Assembly (NCBI GenBank): GCA_021414205.1
Contig: JAIOOW010000003.1
Coordinates: forward strand, 128,048 to 192,047
Direction of reading: 5' to 3'
DNA length: 64,000 nt
From: Candidatus Anderseniibacteriota bacterium
GTDB lineage: Bacteria > Patescibacteriota > Andersenbacteria > UBA10190
Made by a program: the position numbers and the translations under genes. Shown piece by piece: positions 47,775 to 57,971 of this stretch (its first letter is position 1; every line of letters starts with the position of its first letter). The notes beneath the pieces are model-generated. The model did no database searches and was not told where the DNA came from. It saw only the letters and a program-made list of their open reading frames with translations.

Positions 47775-50362
47775 TACGCTGGGGCAATCTCAACTGCCCG
47801 TACGATGATGTTGTTTCCGACTTTGCGGGCTGAAACCGTTTGTCCGTCCGTAAATTCTTTATTGATAATACTGTGAGCAATTGGGTCTTCTAATAACTCC
47901 TGAACAATTCTACGGATTGGGCGAGCGCCTTTACCGTCTTTGAATGCGCGTTCTGCGATTTCATGAGTTACTCCTTTTGAAACTTCTAGCTTGATTGCCT
48001 TATTTTCGAGCAATCCTTGAAGTTCGCGCACGGCATTTTTTGCAATCGCTTCCATGTCTTTCATGGTGAGTGGGGAATATACAATAATTTGATCGATGCG
48101 AGATAATAGTTCCGGCGCCATGCGGTCTTGCAATTCTTTTAACACCGAAGCTTTTAATTGCTCGTATTTTTCTTGCGCATTATCTTTTTCTACTGATTCT
48201 TCTGGCATCGCAAATCCCATGCGAGCTTGTTGGGATAGTTCATGCGATCCGATATTGCTCGTCATAATAATGATCGTATTGCGGAAGTTTACCTTGCGGC
48301 CATGAGAGTCCGTCAGCTCTCCTTCATCGAGAATCTGCAATAAGATATTCCATACATCGCGATGCGCCTTTTCTATTTCGTCGAACAATATAACTGCATA
48401 CGGCTGGCGCCTCACGCTTTCCGTCAGTTTCCCACCTTCTTCGTATCCGACATATCCTGCGGGAGCCCCGATTAATCTGGATACGGAATGTGATTCCATG
48501 AATTCTGACATATCGACCCGGATAAGCGCCTCTTCATTTTCGAATACTTCCTTGGCAAGTACTTTTGCCGTTTCCGTTTTTCCGACTCCTGTTGGTCCGA
48601 GGAATATAAATGATCCGAGTGGTCGATTCGGATTTGCAATGCCGGCTCGCGAACGGCGAACGTATCGTGCAACAGAATGGATAGCCTGTTCTTGCCCGAT
48701 AATATGCTTGCGCATGATATCTTCGAGATTCGCAAGTTTTTTCGATTCTTCTTTTAAGATTCTGCCTGCGGGAATGCCGGTCGAATCTGCAACAACTTTT
48801 GCGATATGTTCTTCAGTAATGGAGATGCGTTTTGCATCGTTTTGCGCAGAAAGTTTGCGGGTGTTTGCTGCAAGTTCATCTGCTAATGCATCTTCTTTTC
48901 GTTTGGCAGCGAGCGCTTCTTCATAATGCTCGGACTCAATTGCTAGTTCTTTTTCTTTTTTTACTTTTTCGAGCTCTGCTTTTAGCGTATTGGCCTTTTG
49001 TGCTTCCTCGGTGCCGGCAATGGTGAGTTGTAGTGTTGCAGCAGCTTCGTCGAGCAGGTCCAGCGCTTTGTCTGGCAAAAATCGATCAGGGATATATCGA
49101 ATACTCATTTCAACAGCAGCCCCAATTGCCGAATCTGTAACGGTAAGCCCGTGATGAGCTTCGTACGCTTCTCGAGCGCCTTCAAGAATGGTGATGGTTT
49201 CTTCAGGAGACGGTTCTTTTACGTGTACTGGTTGGAACCTGCGTTCAAGTGCTGCATCTTTTTCGATATGTTTTCTGAACTCGTCTATCGTTGTTGCTCC
49301 GATAATGCTTACTTCGCCCCGTGCAAGCATGGGCTTTAACATGTTTGCGGCATCCATGCTTCCGCCAGACGATCCGGCCCCTACGATAGTATGGATCTCG
49401 TCGATGAATAAGATGGTATCTCGGTTTTCTTCCAATTCGCGCATGAGCTCCTTGATGCGCTCTTCAAACTCTCCTCGAAACGTCGTGCCTGCTAAAATGC
49501 CGGTCATATCGAGCGATAAAATTTTCTTTCCCTGGAGCTTTGCCGGCACTTGGCCGTCTGCAATGCGCTGGGCGAGCCCTGTTACAATCGCAGTTTTCCC
49601 GACGCCGGGTTCTCCGATTAAAATGGGATTATTTTTATTCTTGCGATTCAAAATACTCATGACGCGGTCAACTTCTTTTGATCGACCAATAACTGGGTCG
49701 AATTTATTTTTCTTTGCAAGTGCCGTTAAGTCTTGGGTAAAGAAATCGAATGCAGGAGTTTTTTGCTTTTTTGCTCCGCCATGCATGCTTCCCGGAAGTC
49801 CATTTGCTTCAGCAGGGAGGATAAGTGGCATGTCTTGCTGCTTATGATTCATTTTTCCGCCAATTGCATCTGCTGGTTTCGCGGAAGGGTTTGATCCTAG
49901 GAGGTTGGATAAATCAGGGAAGTGAGATGTGCTCTTGAGTACAATCTGCACTTGTTGTAATAAAGACTTTACATCGACGGGGGATTTTTCCAGAAGCTTG
50001 TATCCCATAGAATCTTTAAGCGTTAAGATGCCGTACAGAATATGCTCGGTGCCGATGTATCGATGATGGTATTGAAATGCAGTTCGAGCACCTTTTTCAA
50101 ATGCTGCGCGAGTATGTGCGGAAAGCTCTTCTTTCCACGCTCCGCCTTTTTCCATCTGCTCTAATTCGTTGCGGATAAATTCTGGAGTGAGTCCGAATTT
50201 TTTCAAAATGCTATATGCAAGAGAGCCGGATTCTTGGAGCATGCCATACAGTAAATGTTCGGTGCCGACATGGCGGTGCTGCAATTCTTCGGAAACTTTG
50301 GAAGCGCTTGCAAGTACGCTTTTAAGTCTGCTCGTTAATTTGTCCAAGATTGGTTTTTCCAT
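47774..50362 (-). CDS. clpC: ATP-dependent Clp protease ATPase subunit ClpC
   Basis: Clp-N repeats, GEPGVGKT, UVR coil, GPTGVGKT, MGF loop. Confidence 0.93.
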   Translation of the reverse strand: MEKPILDKLTSRLKSVLASASKVSEELQHRHVGTEHLLYGMLQESGSLAYSILKKFGLTPEFIRNELEQMEKGGAWKEELSAHTRAAFEKGARTAFQYHHRYIGTEHILYGILTLKDSMGYKLLEKSPVDVKSLLQQVQIVLKSTSHFPDLSNLLGSNPSAKPADAIGGKMNHKQQDMPLILPAEANGLPGSMHGGAKKQKTPAFDFFTQDLTALAKKNKFDPVIGRSKEVDRVMSILNRKNKNNPILIGEPGVGKTAIVTGLAQRIADGQVPAKLQGKKILSLDMTGILAGTTFRGEFEERIKELMRELEENRDTILFIDEIHTIVGAGSSGGSMDAANMLKPMLARGEVSIIGATTIDEFRKHIEKDAALERRFQPVHVKEPSPEETITILEGAREAYEAHHGLTVTDSAIGAAVEMSIRYIPDRFLPDKALDLLDEAAATLQLTIAGTEEAQKANTLKAELEKVKKEKELAIESEHYEEALAAKRKEDALADELAANTRKLSAQNDAKRISITEEHIAKVVADSTGIPAGRILKEESKKLANLEDIMRKHIIGQEQAIHSVARYVRRSRAGIANPNRPLGSFIFLGPTGVGKTETAKVLAKEVFENEEALIRVDMSEFMESHSVSRLIGAPAGYVGYEEGGKLTESVRRQPYAVILFDEIEKAHRDVWNILLQILDEGELTDSHGRKVNFRNTIIIMTSNIGSHELSQQARMGFAMPEESVEKDNAQEKYEQLKASVLKELQDRMAPELLSRIDQIIVYSPLTMKDMEAIAKNAVRELQGLLENKAIKLEVSKGVTHEIAERAFKDGKGARPIRRIVQELLEDPIAHSIINKEFTDGQTVSARKVGNNIIVRAVEIAPA

Positions 50363-50401
50363 CTCTTCAGTATACAACAGCTTTTTATGTTTGCTATGAA
50401 A

Positions 50402-50436
50402 TAAAAACACCATACTGAGAATTTCCTAGTATGGTG
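50402..50436 (-). terminator. Probable terminator of the 50468-50902 gene
   Basis: ACACCATACT/AGTATGGTGT stem with T-tract on minus strand. Confidence 0.6.
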
Positions 50437-50467
50437 TGTGCGTGCGTGGGTTCGAAAAATGGCTTGG

Positions 50468-50902
50468 TTACTCCGCTAAAAATTCAGCGGTGGTAACAAT
50501 GTCTTGTTGTGTCAGGCTCAACTGACCGCCCGGCTCAAGAATGTCGGTTGCTTCTTCGCGGTAGAAGGAGCGCAATGTGCTTGTGAGTTCAGTGAGTACG
50601 GTGCCGGTGAATCTGTTGAGGGCAAATTGAACTGATTCGAGGTGGCTCAAGTCAGCTTCCGTTCGATGGCGGACCATTTGAAGTACGGCTTCTTGGCAGC
50701 TGATCGGAACGCTCGAGGATACGTAAAATGCTCGCAGTTTTGGGCACCAGCCGAATACGAACTCTCGATCAGGTTCCATGTTCGGCTTCACGACGAAGTA
50801 CTTGTTGTGTTCGCCGTTTCGCCAGCTGCGGAATGTCCCGCTTCGTTCTGTGTGCTCAGTAATCTTTTTAGTCAAGTCCTGTGTTCGCAGCGTGGTAGGC
50901 AT
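50468..50902 (-). CDS. Hypothetical protein
   Basis: 144-aa ORF, purine-rich leader AAGGAAGGACGGG. Confidence 0.6.
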   Translation of the reverse strand: MPTTLRTQDLTKKITEHTERSGTFRSWRNGEHNKYFVVKPNMEPDREFVFGWCPKLRAFYVSSSVPISCQEAVLQMVRHRTEADLSHLESVQFALNRFTGTVLTELTSTLRSFYREEATDILEPGGQLSLTQQDIVTTAEFLAE

Positions 50903-50972
50903 CTTTTACCCGTCCTTCCTTGTAATGTTGTAAAGGGCAACCCGTCTCTCATAATACTGCTATACTGTGGAT

Positions 50973-51395
50973 ATGTCAAAGTCTCCAAAGGAACATGCAA
51001 TCGATATATTGGCTCGGCGGGATCATAGTATTCACGAAATGCGAATGAAGCTAAAAAGGAAGATTTTTGACCCGGAAGCTATTGAGGACACAATTGTGTG
51101 GCTTCAGGAAAAAAGATTATTAAACGATGCAGATTTTGCCCAGAAAAAGGCAGAAAGCATCATGAGGACGAAGATGGCGGGGCCCATGTATATAAAGAAT
51201 AAGTTAAGAGAGGCGGGGGTTGCAGGGGAGATAATAGATGATGTTGTGCAAAATATTGCAGATGCTGAAGAATGGGGAATTCGAGCACAAAAGGCGATAG
51301 AGCAGTGGAAACGAGCCCATGTAAAGCATGCGGAAGATAAAACGCGTCAGATGCGGTTTTTAGTCTCGCGAGGATTTGACAGAATTGATTTATAG
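50973..51395 (+). CDS. recX: Regulatory protein RecX
   Basis: LARRDHS..E...KL, LLND..FA, FLVSRGF. Confidence 0.9.
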   Translation: MSKSPKEHAIDILARRDHSIHEMRMKLKRKIFDPEAIEDTIVWLQEKRLLNDADFAQKKAESIMRTKMAGPMYIKNKLREAGVAGEIIDDVVQNIADAEEWGIRAQKAIEQWKRAHVKHAEDKTRQMRFLVSRGFDRIDL

Positions 51396-51658
51396 TGCTA
51401 ATTTGATGATAGGTTTGATTTTGCACACTTTCTAGAATGGAGTTTTGCGATGTTACGTAATCAAGGTGTGTTTGTTGCATGTGATGGATTTCTTTACAAG
51501 GATTGCTGGGTGGGAGTTCTGTCTAATCCGGGCAATACGATTGCTCGGGTAGTGCAGCATCATTCGGCGATGTCGCGAGACGTGATTCGCGCAAGTTTGT
51601 ACGGGCGAGGATACCGTGTCATCACCTTTTCGTGATGCCATCGGCGATTTGCTCCGCG

Positions 51659-51702
51659 AAGCTTCGCAATACCCATGTGGTATATGCGAAGCTTTTTTAT
51701 TT
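51659..51702. terminator. Intrinsic terminator
   Basis: AAGCTTCGCA...TGCGAAGCTT followed by T-tract. Confidence 0.7.
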
Positions 51703-52591
51703 ACATTTCTCGAAGGCGTTTGATGCGATCTTTAATCGGCGGGTGAGTGGAGAACAGGCCGGCTAGTTTTTGCGCATTGAATGGATTTGCAATAAACAAA
51801 TGTGCGGTGGCATTGCTTGCCGTTTCTAGTTTTGAAGAGCCGGAAATTTTTTCCAATGCCGACGCAAGCCCTTCTGGATAGCGGGTGAGGAGAGCCCCTG
51901 ATGCATCTGCTAAATACTCGCGCTGGCGAGAAATTGCCAGTTGAATGAGTTGCGCAATGAGCGGGGAAATAATCAACAAGACGAGGCTTATAATGGCCAT
52001 GATTGCACCTAATTGATTATTATTTTCTCGATCATCGCGGTTCCTGAATCCACCGAAGAATGTAGCGCGCGTTATCATGTCTGATAATATGACGATAAAG
52101 CCGATAAAGATTGCAACGAGAGTAGAGAAACGAATGTCGTAATTACGGACGTGGGACAATTCATGAGCAAGTACGCCTTCTAGTTCCGATCTAGTTAATG
52201 CTTGTAGGATTCCGGATGTTACTGCAATTGATGCATGCTGCGGGTCGCGGCCGGTTGCAAATGCATTGAGCGCGGGTGAGTCTATTATATAGATGCGCGG
52301 TTTTGGAACGCCGGCCGTAATCGCAAGATTTTCGACGATATGATGCAATTCCGGATTTTGTTCCAGGTTTACTTCGCGAGCGCTATTTGTGGCGAGCGCA
52401 ATTTTGTCACCGGAATAGTATCCTATAAGGGATGATGGAATTGCGAATATCGCAGCGATGACGGGTAGGACAAAATCGCCTCGGACATAGTACGAATAGG
52501 CTGCCACAACTCCGATAACAAATGCCAACACGGCTGTTATTAAAAACAGCGAATTTCTTTTGTTAGTTGCGATTTGGGAGTAAACGGTCAC
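51701..52591 (-). CDS. htpX: HtpX M48 zinc metalloprotease
   Basis: NAFATG, AHELSH, SRQREYLAD, FSTHP. Confidence 0.95.
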   Translation of the reverse strand: MTVYSQIATNKRNSLFLITAVLAFVIGVVAAYSYYVRGDFVLPVIAAIFAIPSSLIGYYSGDKIALATNSAREVNLEQNPELHHIVENLAITAGVPKPRIYIIDSPALNAFATGRDPQHASIAVTSGILQALTRSELEGVLAHELSHVRNYDIRFSTLVAIFIGFIVILSDMITRATFFGGFRNRDDRENNNQLGAIMAIISLVLLIISPLIAQLIQLAISRQREYLADASGALLTRYPEGLASALEKISGSSKLETASNATAHLFIANPFNAQKLAGLFSTHPPIKDRIKRLREM

Positions 52592-53154
52592 TTCGAAGCG
52601 AAATCTACGTTTGGCACTTCTTTTTCAGATTCGTTTTCAAGTTCAAAGAAGTCGCGTTTTGCAAAATGGAACATACCCGCAATAATATTGTTGGGAGCAG
52701 TTTCAACGGCAGTGTTGTAATCTCGGACAACGCCATTGTAGAACCGATATGCGGATTGGATTTTATTTTCCGTGTCAGATAATTCACGCTGCAATTCGAG
52801 GAAATTCGTATTCGCTTTTAATTCTGGGTATTGCTCTGATACTGCGAATAATGTTTTCAGTGTTCCTGACAATGCATTTTCTGCCTGTGCATGTTCTGCG
52901 GGAGTTTGGGCGGTAAGCGCCTGCGCTCGCGCTTTCGTTACCATTTCAAATGTATTTGATTCGTGCGCTGCGTATCCCTTTACTGTCTCAACAAGGTTCG
53001 GAATTAAATTGTGTCTGCGCTTTAATTGCACATCGATGTCGCTCCACGCTTCCGATGCTTGATTGCGCTGGCGAACGAGCGAGTTGTATGCGTTCAATAT
53101 ATATAAAGCCAGTACGACGATAACGATTACGAAAAGAAACGTGAATGTATTCAT
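52588..53154 (-). CDS. lemA: LemA family protein
   Basis: IDVQLKRR..LIPNLVETVKGYAAHE, YPELKAN. Confidence 0.95.
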   Translation of the reverse strand: MNTFTFLFVIVIVVLALYILNAYNSLVRQRNQASEAWSDIDVQLKRRHNLIPNLVETVKGYAAHESNTFEMVTKARAQALTAQTPAEHAQAENALSGTLKTLFAVSEQYPELKANTNFLELQRELSDTENKIQSAYRFYNGVVRDYNTAVETAPNNIIAGMFHFAKRDFFELENESEKEVPNVDFASK

Positions 53155-53211
53155 ACGGCTATGGTATAATGGTGAGATGAATTCAGCAAGGGAATCCTTC
53201 TCCTTTTAACT

Positions 53212-54309
53212 ATGGCATTATTTAGTCCAAAAGCATCGTATCTTGGAGTTGACTTAGGAACATCGACTGCAAAAATTGTTGAATTAAGCGAACGCAAAAA
53301 TGCTATTGAGCTGGTGACATACGCGGAAGCGAACATGGGGAACTTGCTCATGAACCCCGTGGCCGGAGAACAGGATGCAATCGACAAGACAATTGCGCTG
53401 TTGCAACAAATGATGGAAAAATCAGGCTCTACTGCAAAAAATGTAATCGCGGCGCTTCCGGGAGGATTGGTATTTTCTACCGTACTAATGTTGCCGAATA
53501 TACCAGAAGCGGAAATGGAAAAAGCTGTTCGATTTGCTGCACGTGACGTAGTTCCTGCAGACATCGATGAAATGGTTATTGGGTGGAGTCGGGTTGGCAG
53601 TCAGGCGCACATGCAAACGGATCGGAAGGAAAAATCTCCGGAAACAGAATCTAAGCAAACAGCAGCTCCTGTTCCCGTTGAGCCTACAAAAGTGAATATG
53701 GATCAGCAAATTCCTGTGTTTGTGACTGCTGCTCCGAAAGATATCGTCAATAGATACATTGCGGTATTTCAGCGATTGAATATGACGTTGCTGGCGCTCG
53801 AGGTAGAAACATTTCCCCTTGTTCGTTCATTGTTGACGAATCCGCCAACTTCTACGCTGCTGGTCGATATCGGCGCGCACGCAACGACGTTTCATATTAT
53901 TGATAAAGGAATTCCTCGAGTATCACAGACAATTGAAGTTGGCGGCTTTACAGAAGGTGATATTGAAAAACAGAAAATTGAATTCGGAATTTTGCCGCAG
54001 CAAGATCCTGCAATCCGCACTGCGCTAGAGGCAACGCTTGCGCATCAGGCAGAAAAGGCAAAAGAACTTCTTGCAGCATATGAGCAAAAAGAAAAACACA
54101 GAATCGAAAAATCCGTGCTCATTGGCGGTGGAGCAAATTTAAAAGGGCTTCCGGAATATTGGGGGAAGGCGGTTGGGCTGCAGGCTATTATTGGGAATCC
54201 GTGGAAAGACGTTGCGTACCCGAAGCAGCTTGAAGAGACATTAAAAGCAATTGGTCCGCGGTACGGAGTTTCTGTTGGATTGGCGTTGCGCGGTTTTGCA
54301 CAGCAATAG
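53212..54309 (+). CDS. pilM: Type IV pilus assembly protein PilM
   Basis: GVDLGTSTAKIVEL, VDIGA, IGGGANL, VGLALR. Confidence 0.92.
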   Translation: MALFSPKASYLGVDLGTSTAKIVELSERKNAIELVTYAEANMGNLLMNPVAGEQDAIDKTIALLQQMMEKSGSTAKNVIAALPGGLVFSTVLMLPNIPEAEMEKAVRFAARDVVPADIDEMVIGWSRVGSQAHMQTDRKEKSPETESKQTAAPVPVEPTKVNMDQQIPVFVTAAPKDIVNRYIAVFQRLNMTLLALEVETFPLVRSLLTNPPTSTLLVDIGAHATTFHIIDKGIPRVSQTIEVGGFTEGDIEKQKIEFGILPQQDPAIRTALEATLAHQAEKAKELLAAYEQKEKHRIEKSVLIGGGANLKGLPEYWGKAVGLQAIIGNPWKDVAYPKQLEETLKAIGPRYGVSVGLALRGFAQQ

Positions 54310-54342
54310 AGTTGTGTATGTGTGTTAGTATAGTAATTACTT

Positions 54343-54933
54343 ATGCCAAGTATTAACTTAGCTCCGGGTACAGAATATATTATTGCAGCGCGACGAAGGC
54401 GCCAGCGACTATATATTATTTCGATCGTCATTGTTGTTGTGTTTGCGATTGGTTATGGGGTGTTGTTTTTCGTAAATCAATCATTCTCAAACCAGGATGA
54501 GGCTTTGAAGGGGAACATCCAAACAGTTGATGCGCAAATCCAAAAATCAAAAACGGATGCAACTCGCGTTTCGCTATTTGAAAAACGACTAACTGAGACA
54601 AAAACATTGCTAGATGCGCACGTGAAGTGGGATCAGGTATTCGCTGATGTGGAGCGGCTACTCCCGGCAAATGTTACGCTTACTGGGATAGATGCGGGTA
54701 CTGACTCGACAACAGTTTCTATTCAGGGAGCTACGCCGGATATGGATTCGGTAGCGCAGGCAATCGCGAGCTTGTCGTCTGGTGCAAATCATGCGTCTAT
54801 GTTCAGCAATGGTGAAGTAAAAGAAGTTACTCGTGTTGAGCAAAAAAATGGCGACCAAACAACTACTGGATATACGTTTACGATTACCTTAACTATAGAC
54901 CCTGGCAAGCTTCGAGCAGGGGCTCCTCAATAA
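54343..54933 (+). CDS. pilN: PilN-like protein
   Basis: N-terminal INL motif, TM helix, coiled coil; follows pilM. Confidence 0.8.
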   Translation: MPSINLAPGTEYIIAARRRRQRLYIISIVIVVVFAIGYGVLFFVNQSFSNQDEALKGNIQTVDAQIQKSKTDATRVSLFEKRLTETKTLLDAHVKWDQVFADVERLLPANVTLTGIDAGTDSTTVSIQGATPDMDSVAQAIASLSSGANHASMFSNGEVKEVTRVEQKNGDQTTTGYTFTITLTIDPGKLRAGAPQ

Positions 54934-54936
54934 TCT

Positions 54937-55524
54937 ATGGCATTAAATACTTCCATTAATACGCCGTATCTCGTACTCACCGGAGTGGTGCTGATTGCAA
55001 TTGTGTTTGTCTTTACTGTGATGCAGCCTCAGCTCGACTCCATTACGACGCTTCGCCATGATATTACGGATAATACGAATACATTAAAAACAAAACAGGA
55101 CTTTATTGCATCGTTATCAGCAAAAGTTCAGCAATTGCAATCTCAGCCTCAGGCAGAACAGCAGCTTGCCGTTGTTGTTCCGCAGGGAGACATGACGCAA
55201 GATATTGTACGCGTTGTAAGTCAGTACGCTTCGCAAGTCGGATTAGTAATAGTTGGTGTTACAAATAATTCTGTTGCACAGCAAGCGCAACTGGATGCAA
55301 GTATTGCTCGCGGCGATGTTACCTCGACTCCGAGCGATGTTCGAACACTGTCGTTCCAGGTGCAAACATCAGGAACATACGGACAGCTCAGGGATTTCTT
55401 AAAGGCTCTTGAAAAGTCCCCGCGCATTATTGATGTTGTTCATCTTTCTATCAAGAGTATGAAAGATCAAACTGGGCAAATAACAGCTACGCTGGATATG
55501 CAATCTTATTCACAAGCACAATAG
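54937..55524 (+). CDS. pilO: PilO-like protein
   Basis: TM helix, coil, GTY..L..FL..LE...RII. Confidence 0.82.
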   Translation: MALNTSINTPYLVLTGVVLIAIVFVFTVMQPQLDSITTLRHDITDNTNTLKTKQDFIASLSAKVQQLQSQPQAEQQLAVVVPQGDMTQDIVRVVSQYASQVGLVIVGVTNNSVAQQAQLDASIARGDVTSTPSDVRTLSFQVQTSGTYGQLRDFLKALEKSPRIIDVVHLSIKSMKDQTGQITATLDMQSYSQAQ

Positions 55525-55529
55525 TATCT

Positions 55530-55823
55530 ATGACACCTAATAAAATGATGACAATAGTAGTGCTGGTAGCCATCTTGCTTGCAGGAATCGGTGCAATCGG
55601 TCTTGTGTATTTTGCACCAAGTGGATCTTCTGTGCCCACTTCAACGAACACCGCCACTGATACTACTAGCCAATTAGACCAAACTATTACGAGCACATCA
55701 ACGTTTTCTACGGGTGTGTTGCAGCACTCTGATTACTCGGCATTGGATTTAGGGTTGGTTTCTCAGGGAAGGCTGCCAGTACAAGCGCCGGCAGGAACGG
55801 GAAAAGCTGATCCATTCCAATAA
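55530..55823 (+). CDS. Small membrane protein in PilP position
   Basis: TM helix, C-terminal GKADPF. Confidence 0.6.
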   Translation: MTPNKMMTIVVLVAILLAGIGAIGLVYFAPSGSSVPTSTNTATDTTSQLDQTITSTSTFSTGVLQHSDYSALDLGLVSQGRLPVQAPAGTGKADPFQ

Positions 55824-55825
55824 AT

Positions 55826-57565
55826 ATGGCAGATATGGATCCATTACTCGGACTATTACAGGGTCGCGAGTTGCTCGATGCGAAAAAGCTATTGTATATA
55901 CAGGATCGAATGGCGAAAGACGGCATGAGCAGTGCTGAAATAATTCGAGCAGAAAAATTTATACCCTCAGAAGATTTGGCGAAAATTCAGGCGGAGCTGG
56001 AAGGATTCTCATATATCGATCTTTCGAGCGTGGCGTTGAATAAAGAAGCGATGAAAGATATTTCAGCAAAGGCAGCTTCTACGTATCGGTTTATTGCATT
56101 TGATGTGAAGGATAATAACCTATTGGTTGCAATGGAGACCCCGCAAGATTTCCAGGCTATGGAAGCAGTGAAGTTCGTCTCAAAAAGAAAGGGGCTTGTG
56201 CCTCAGATATATTTTGCATCTCCGGAATCTATTGATATCGGACTAAAGGGTGCAGGGGCTGTTGAGGCTGAGATCGGAGGAGCGTTGAAAGATTTTTCCC
56301 ACGAATTATCTGATGCCAAAGAGGACGGCAAGCGCCCGACAAAAGATATTGAGCAGATAGTAGAAGAGGCTCCGGTTACAAAAGTAGTGGCAGTTATGAT
56401 TCGTCATGCTATTGAGGGTCATTCTTCCGATATCCATGTGGAGCCGACTGAAAAAGATGTTCGGGTGCGGTTTCGCATTGATGGCAAACTGCACGCCACT
56501 CTTGTGTTGCCGTTAAAAGTGCATTCGGCAATTGTTTCTCGCATTAAAATTTTGAGTAATTTAAAAATTGATGAATCACGATTGCCGCAAGATGGTCGAT
56601 TTTCTGCAACGGTAGATACCAGGGCCTATGATTTTCGCGTAGCTACGATGCCCACAACATTTGGAGAAAAGGTTGTGATGCGTATTTTAGATAAATCCAG
56701 CGGAGCGCCATCCTTTGAAACGCTTGGTCTTCACGGCGAGTCGCAAAAAGTATTTGAGCAATACTTACATTCTCCATTCGGCATTGTTCTTATATCGGGG
56801 CCGACTGGATCTGGAAAATCTACTACATTATTTACATCGCTTTCCGGGCTCAATAATCCGGAGTCAAATATTGTAACGCTTGAAGACCCTGTGGAGTATG
56901 AAATTCCTGGAGTGAATCAAACGCAAGTAAAGCCAGAAATCGGGCTCACATTTGCTTCTGGATTGCGCAGTATCCTGCGACAAGATCCAGACATTATCAT
57001 GGTCGGTGAAATTCGAGATCGCGATACTGCCGAGCTTTCTGTACAAGCTGCGCTTACCGGACATTTGGTATTGTCTACTATCCATACAAACGGCGCAGTG
57101 GGAGCAATTCCTAGATTAATCGATATGGGAATTGATGGATTCCTCCTGTCTGCTTCTATTCGCCTATTGGCAGCGCAGAGGCTCGTAGTTCGACTGTGCC
57201 AGAAGTGCAAACAGCAAACTCCTTTGAGTGATCAGGATAAAGCCGCGATTATACAGGAGCTTGAACATGTGCCGGACATATATAAAACAGATGAAAATCA
57301 TAAAAACCCTCAATACTTATTTACTAGCCCGGGGTGTCCCGAATGCAAAGAGATGGGCGTAGATGGCCGTATCGGTATTTTTGAGGTAGTGCCGATTACG
57401 CATGAGCTTCGCGAGGCAATGACGAATTTTAAAGGATTCGATCAGCTGCTTGAAATTGCATCTCGCGAAGGTATGGTGACAATGCGACAAGATGGAATTT
57501 TGAAAGCATTGATCGGAGAAGTTCGATATGAAGACGTGATGCGCGTTACTTCTGAAAACGAATAA
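55826..57565 (+). CDS. pilB: Pilus extension ATPase PilB/GspE
   Basis: SDIH, RLPQDG, GPTGSGKSTT, LRQDPD, Cys tetrad. Confidence 0.93.
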   Translation: MADMDPLLGLLQGRELLDAKKLLYIQDRMAKDGMSSAEIIRAEKFIPSEDLAKIQAELEGFSYIDLSSVALNKEAMKDISAKAASTYRFIAFDVKDNNLLVAMETPQDFQAMEAVKFVSKRKGLVPQIYFASPESIDIGLKGAGAVEAEIGGALKDFSHELSDAKEDGKRPTKDIEQIVEEAPVTKVVAVMIRHAIEGHSSDIHVEPTEKDVRVRFRIDGKLHATLVLPLKVHSAIVSRIKILSNLKIDESRLPQDGRFSATVDTRAYDFRVATMPTTFGEKVVMRILDKSSGAPSFETLGLHGESQKVFEQYLHSPFGIVLISGPTGSGKSTTLFTSLSGLNNPESNIVTLEDPVEYEIPGVNQTQVKPEIGLTFASGLRSILRQDPDIIMVGEIRDRDTAELSVQAALTGHLVLSTIHTNGAVGAIPRLIDMGIDGFLLSASIRLLAAQRLVVRLCQKCKQQTPLSDQDKAAIIQELEHVPDIYKTDENHKNPQYLFTSPGCPECKEMGVDGRIGIFEVVPITHELREAMTNFKGFDQLLEIASREGMVTMRQDGILKALIGEVRYEDVMRVTSENE

Positions 57566-57584
57566 TTTGGTATATACTAACCGT

Positions 57585-57971
57585 ATGGAAAACACACCCT
57601 TCATATTACTCGTAGAAGATGATTCGTTTATTTCTGGTATGTATCAGACAAAACTGAAGAATGCCGGATATCAAGTGGAAGTTGTAGCGGATGGAGAGTT
57701 GGCGTGGGAGCGTATTCAAAAAGATCCGATTCCGGATATTCTTTTACTGGATGTCATTCTGCCGAAAAAAGATGGATTTGAAATTTTGGAAGATTTAAGA
57801 AAAGAAGATCGTACGAAAAATCTTCCCGTGATTTTGCTTACCAATTTAGGTCAAAAACCCGACGTAGAGCGAGGGGTAAAGCTAGGCGCTGATGATTATA
57901 TTATCAAGGCTCACTTTACACCGTCTGAAGTAATGGAGCGCGTCGAAAAAGTTCTCCATGCGCGTCATTGA
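57585..57971 (+). CDS. Single-domain response regulator
   Basis: LVEDD, LLDVILP, LTN, YIIK. Confidence 0.92.
   Translation: MENTPFILLVEDDSFISGMYQTKLKNAGYQVEVVADGELAWERIQKDPIPDILLLDVILPKKDGFEILEDLRKEDRTKNLPVILLTNLGQKPDVERGVKLGADDYIIKAHFTPSEVMERVEKVLHARH

Noticed and set aside
51450-51635. 61-aa ORF after recX
   Set aside because: Has an SD-like GGAG and a downstream terminator but no recognisable motif; insufficient support to call
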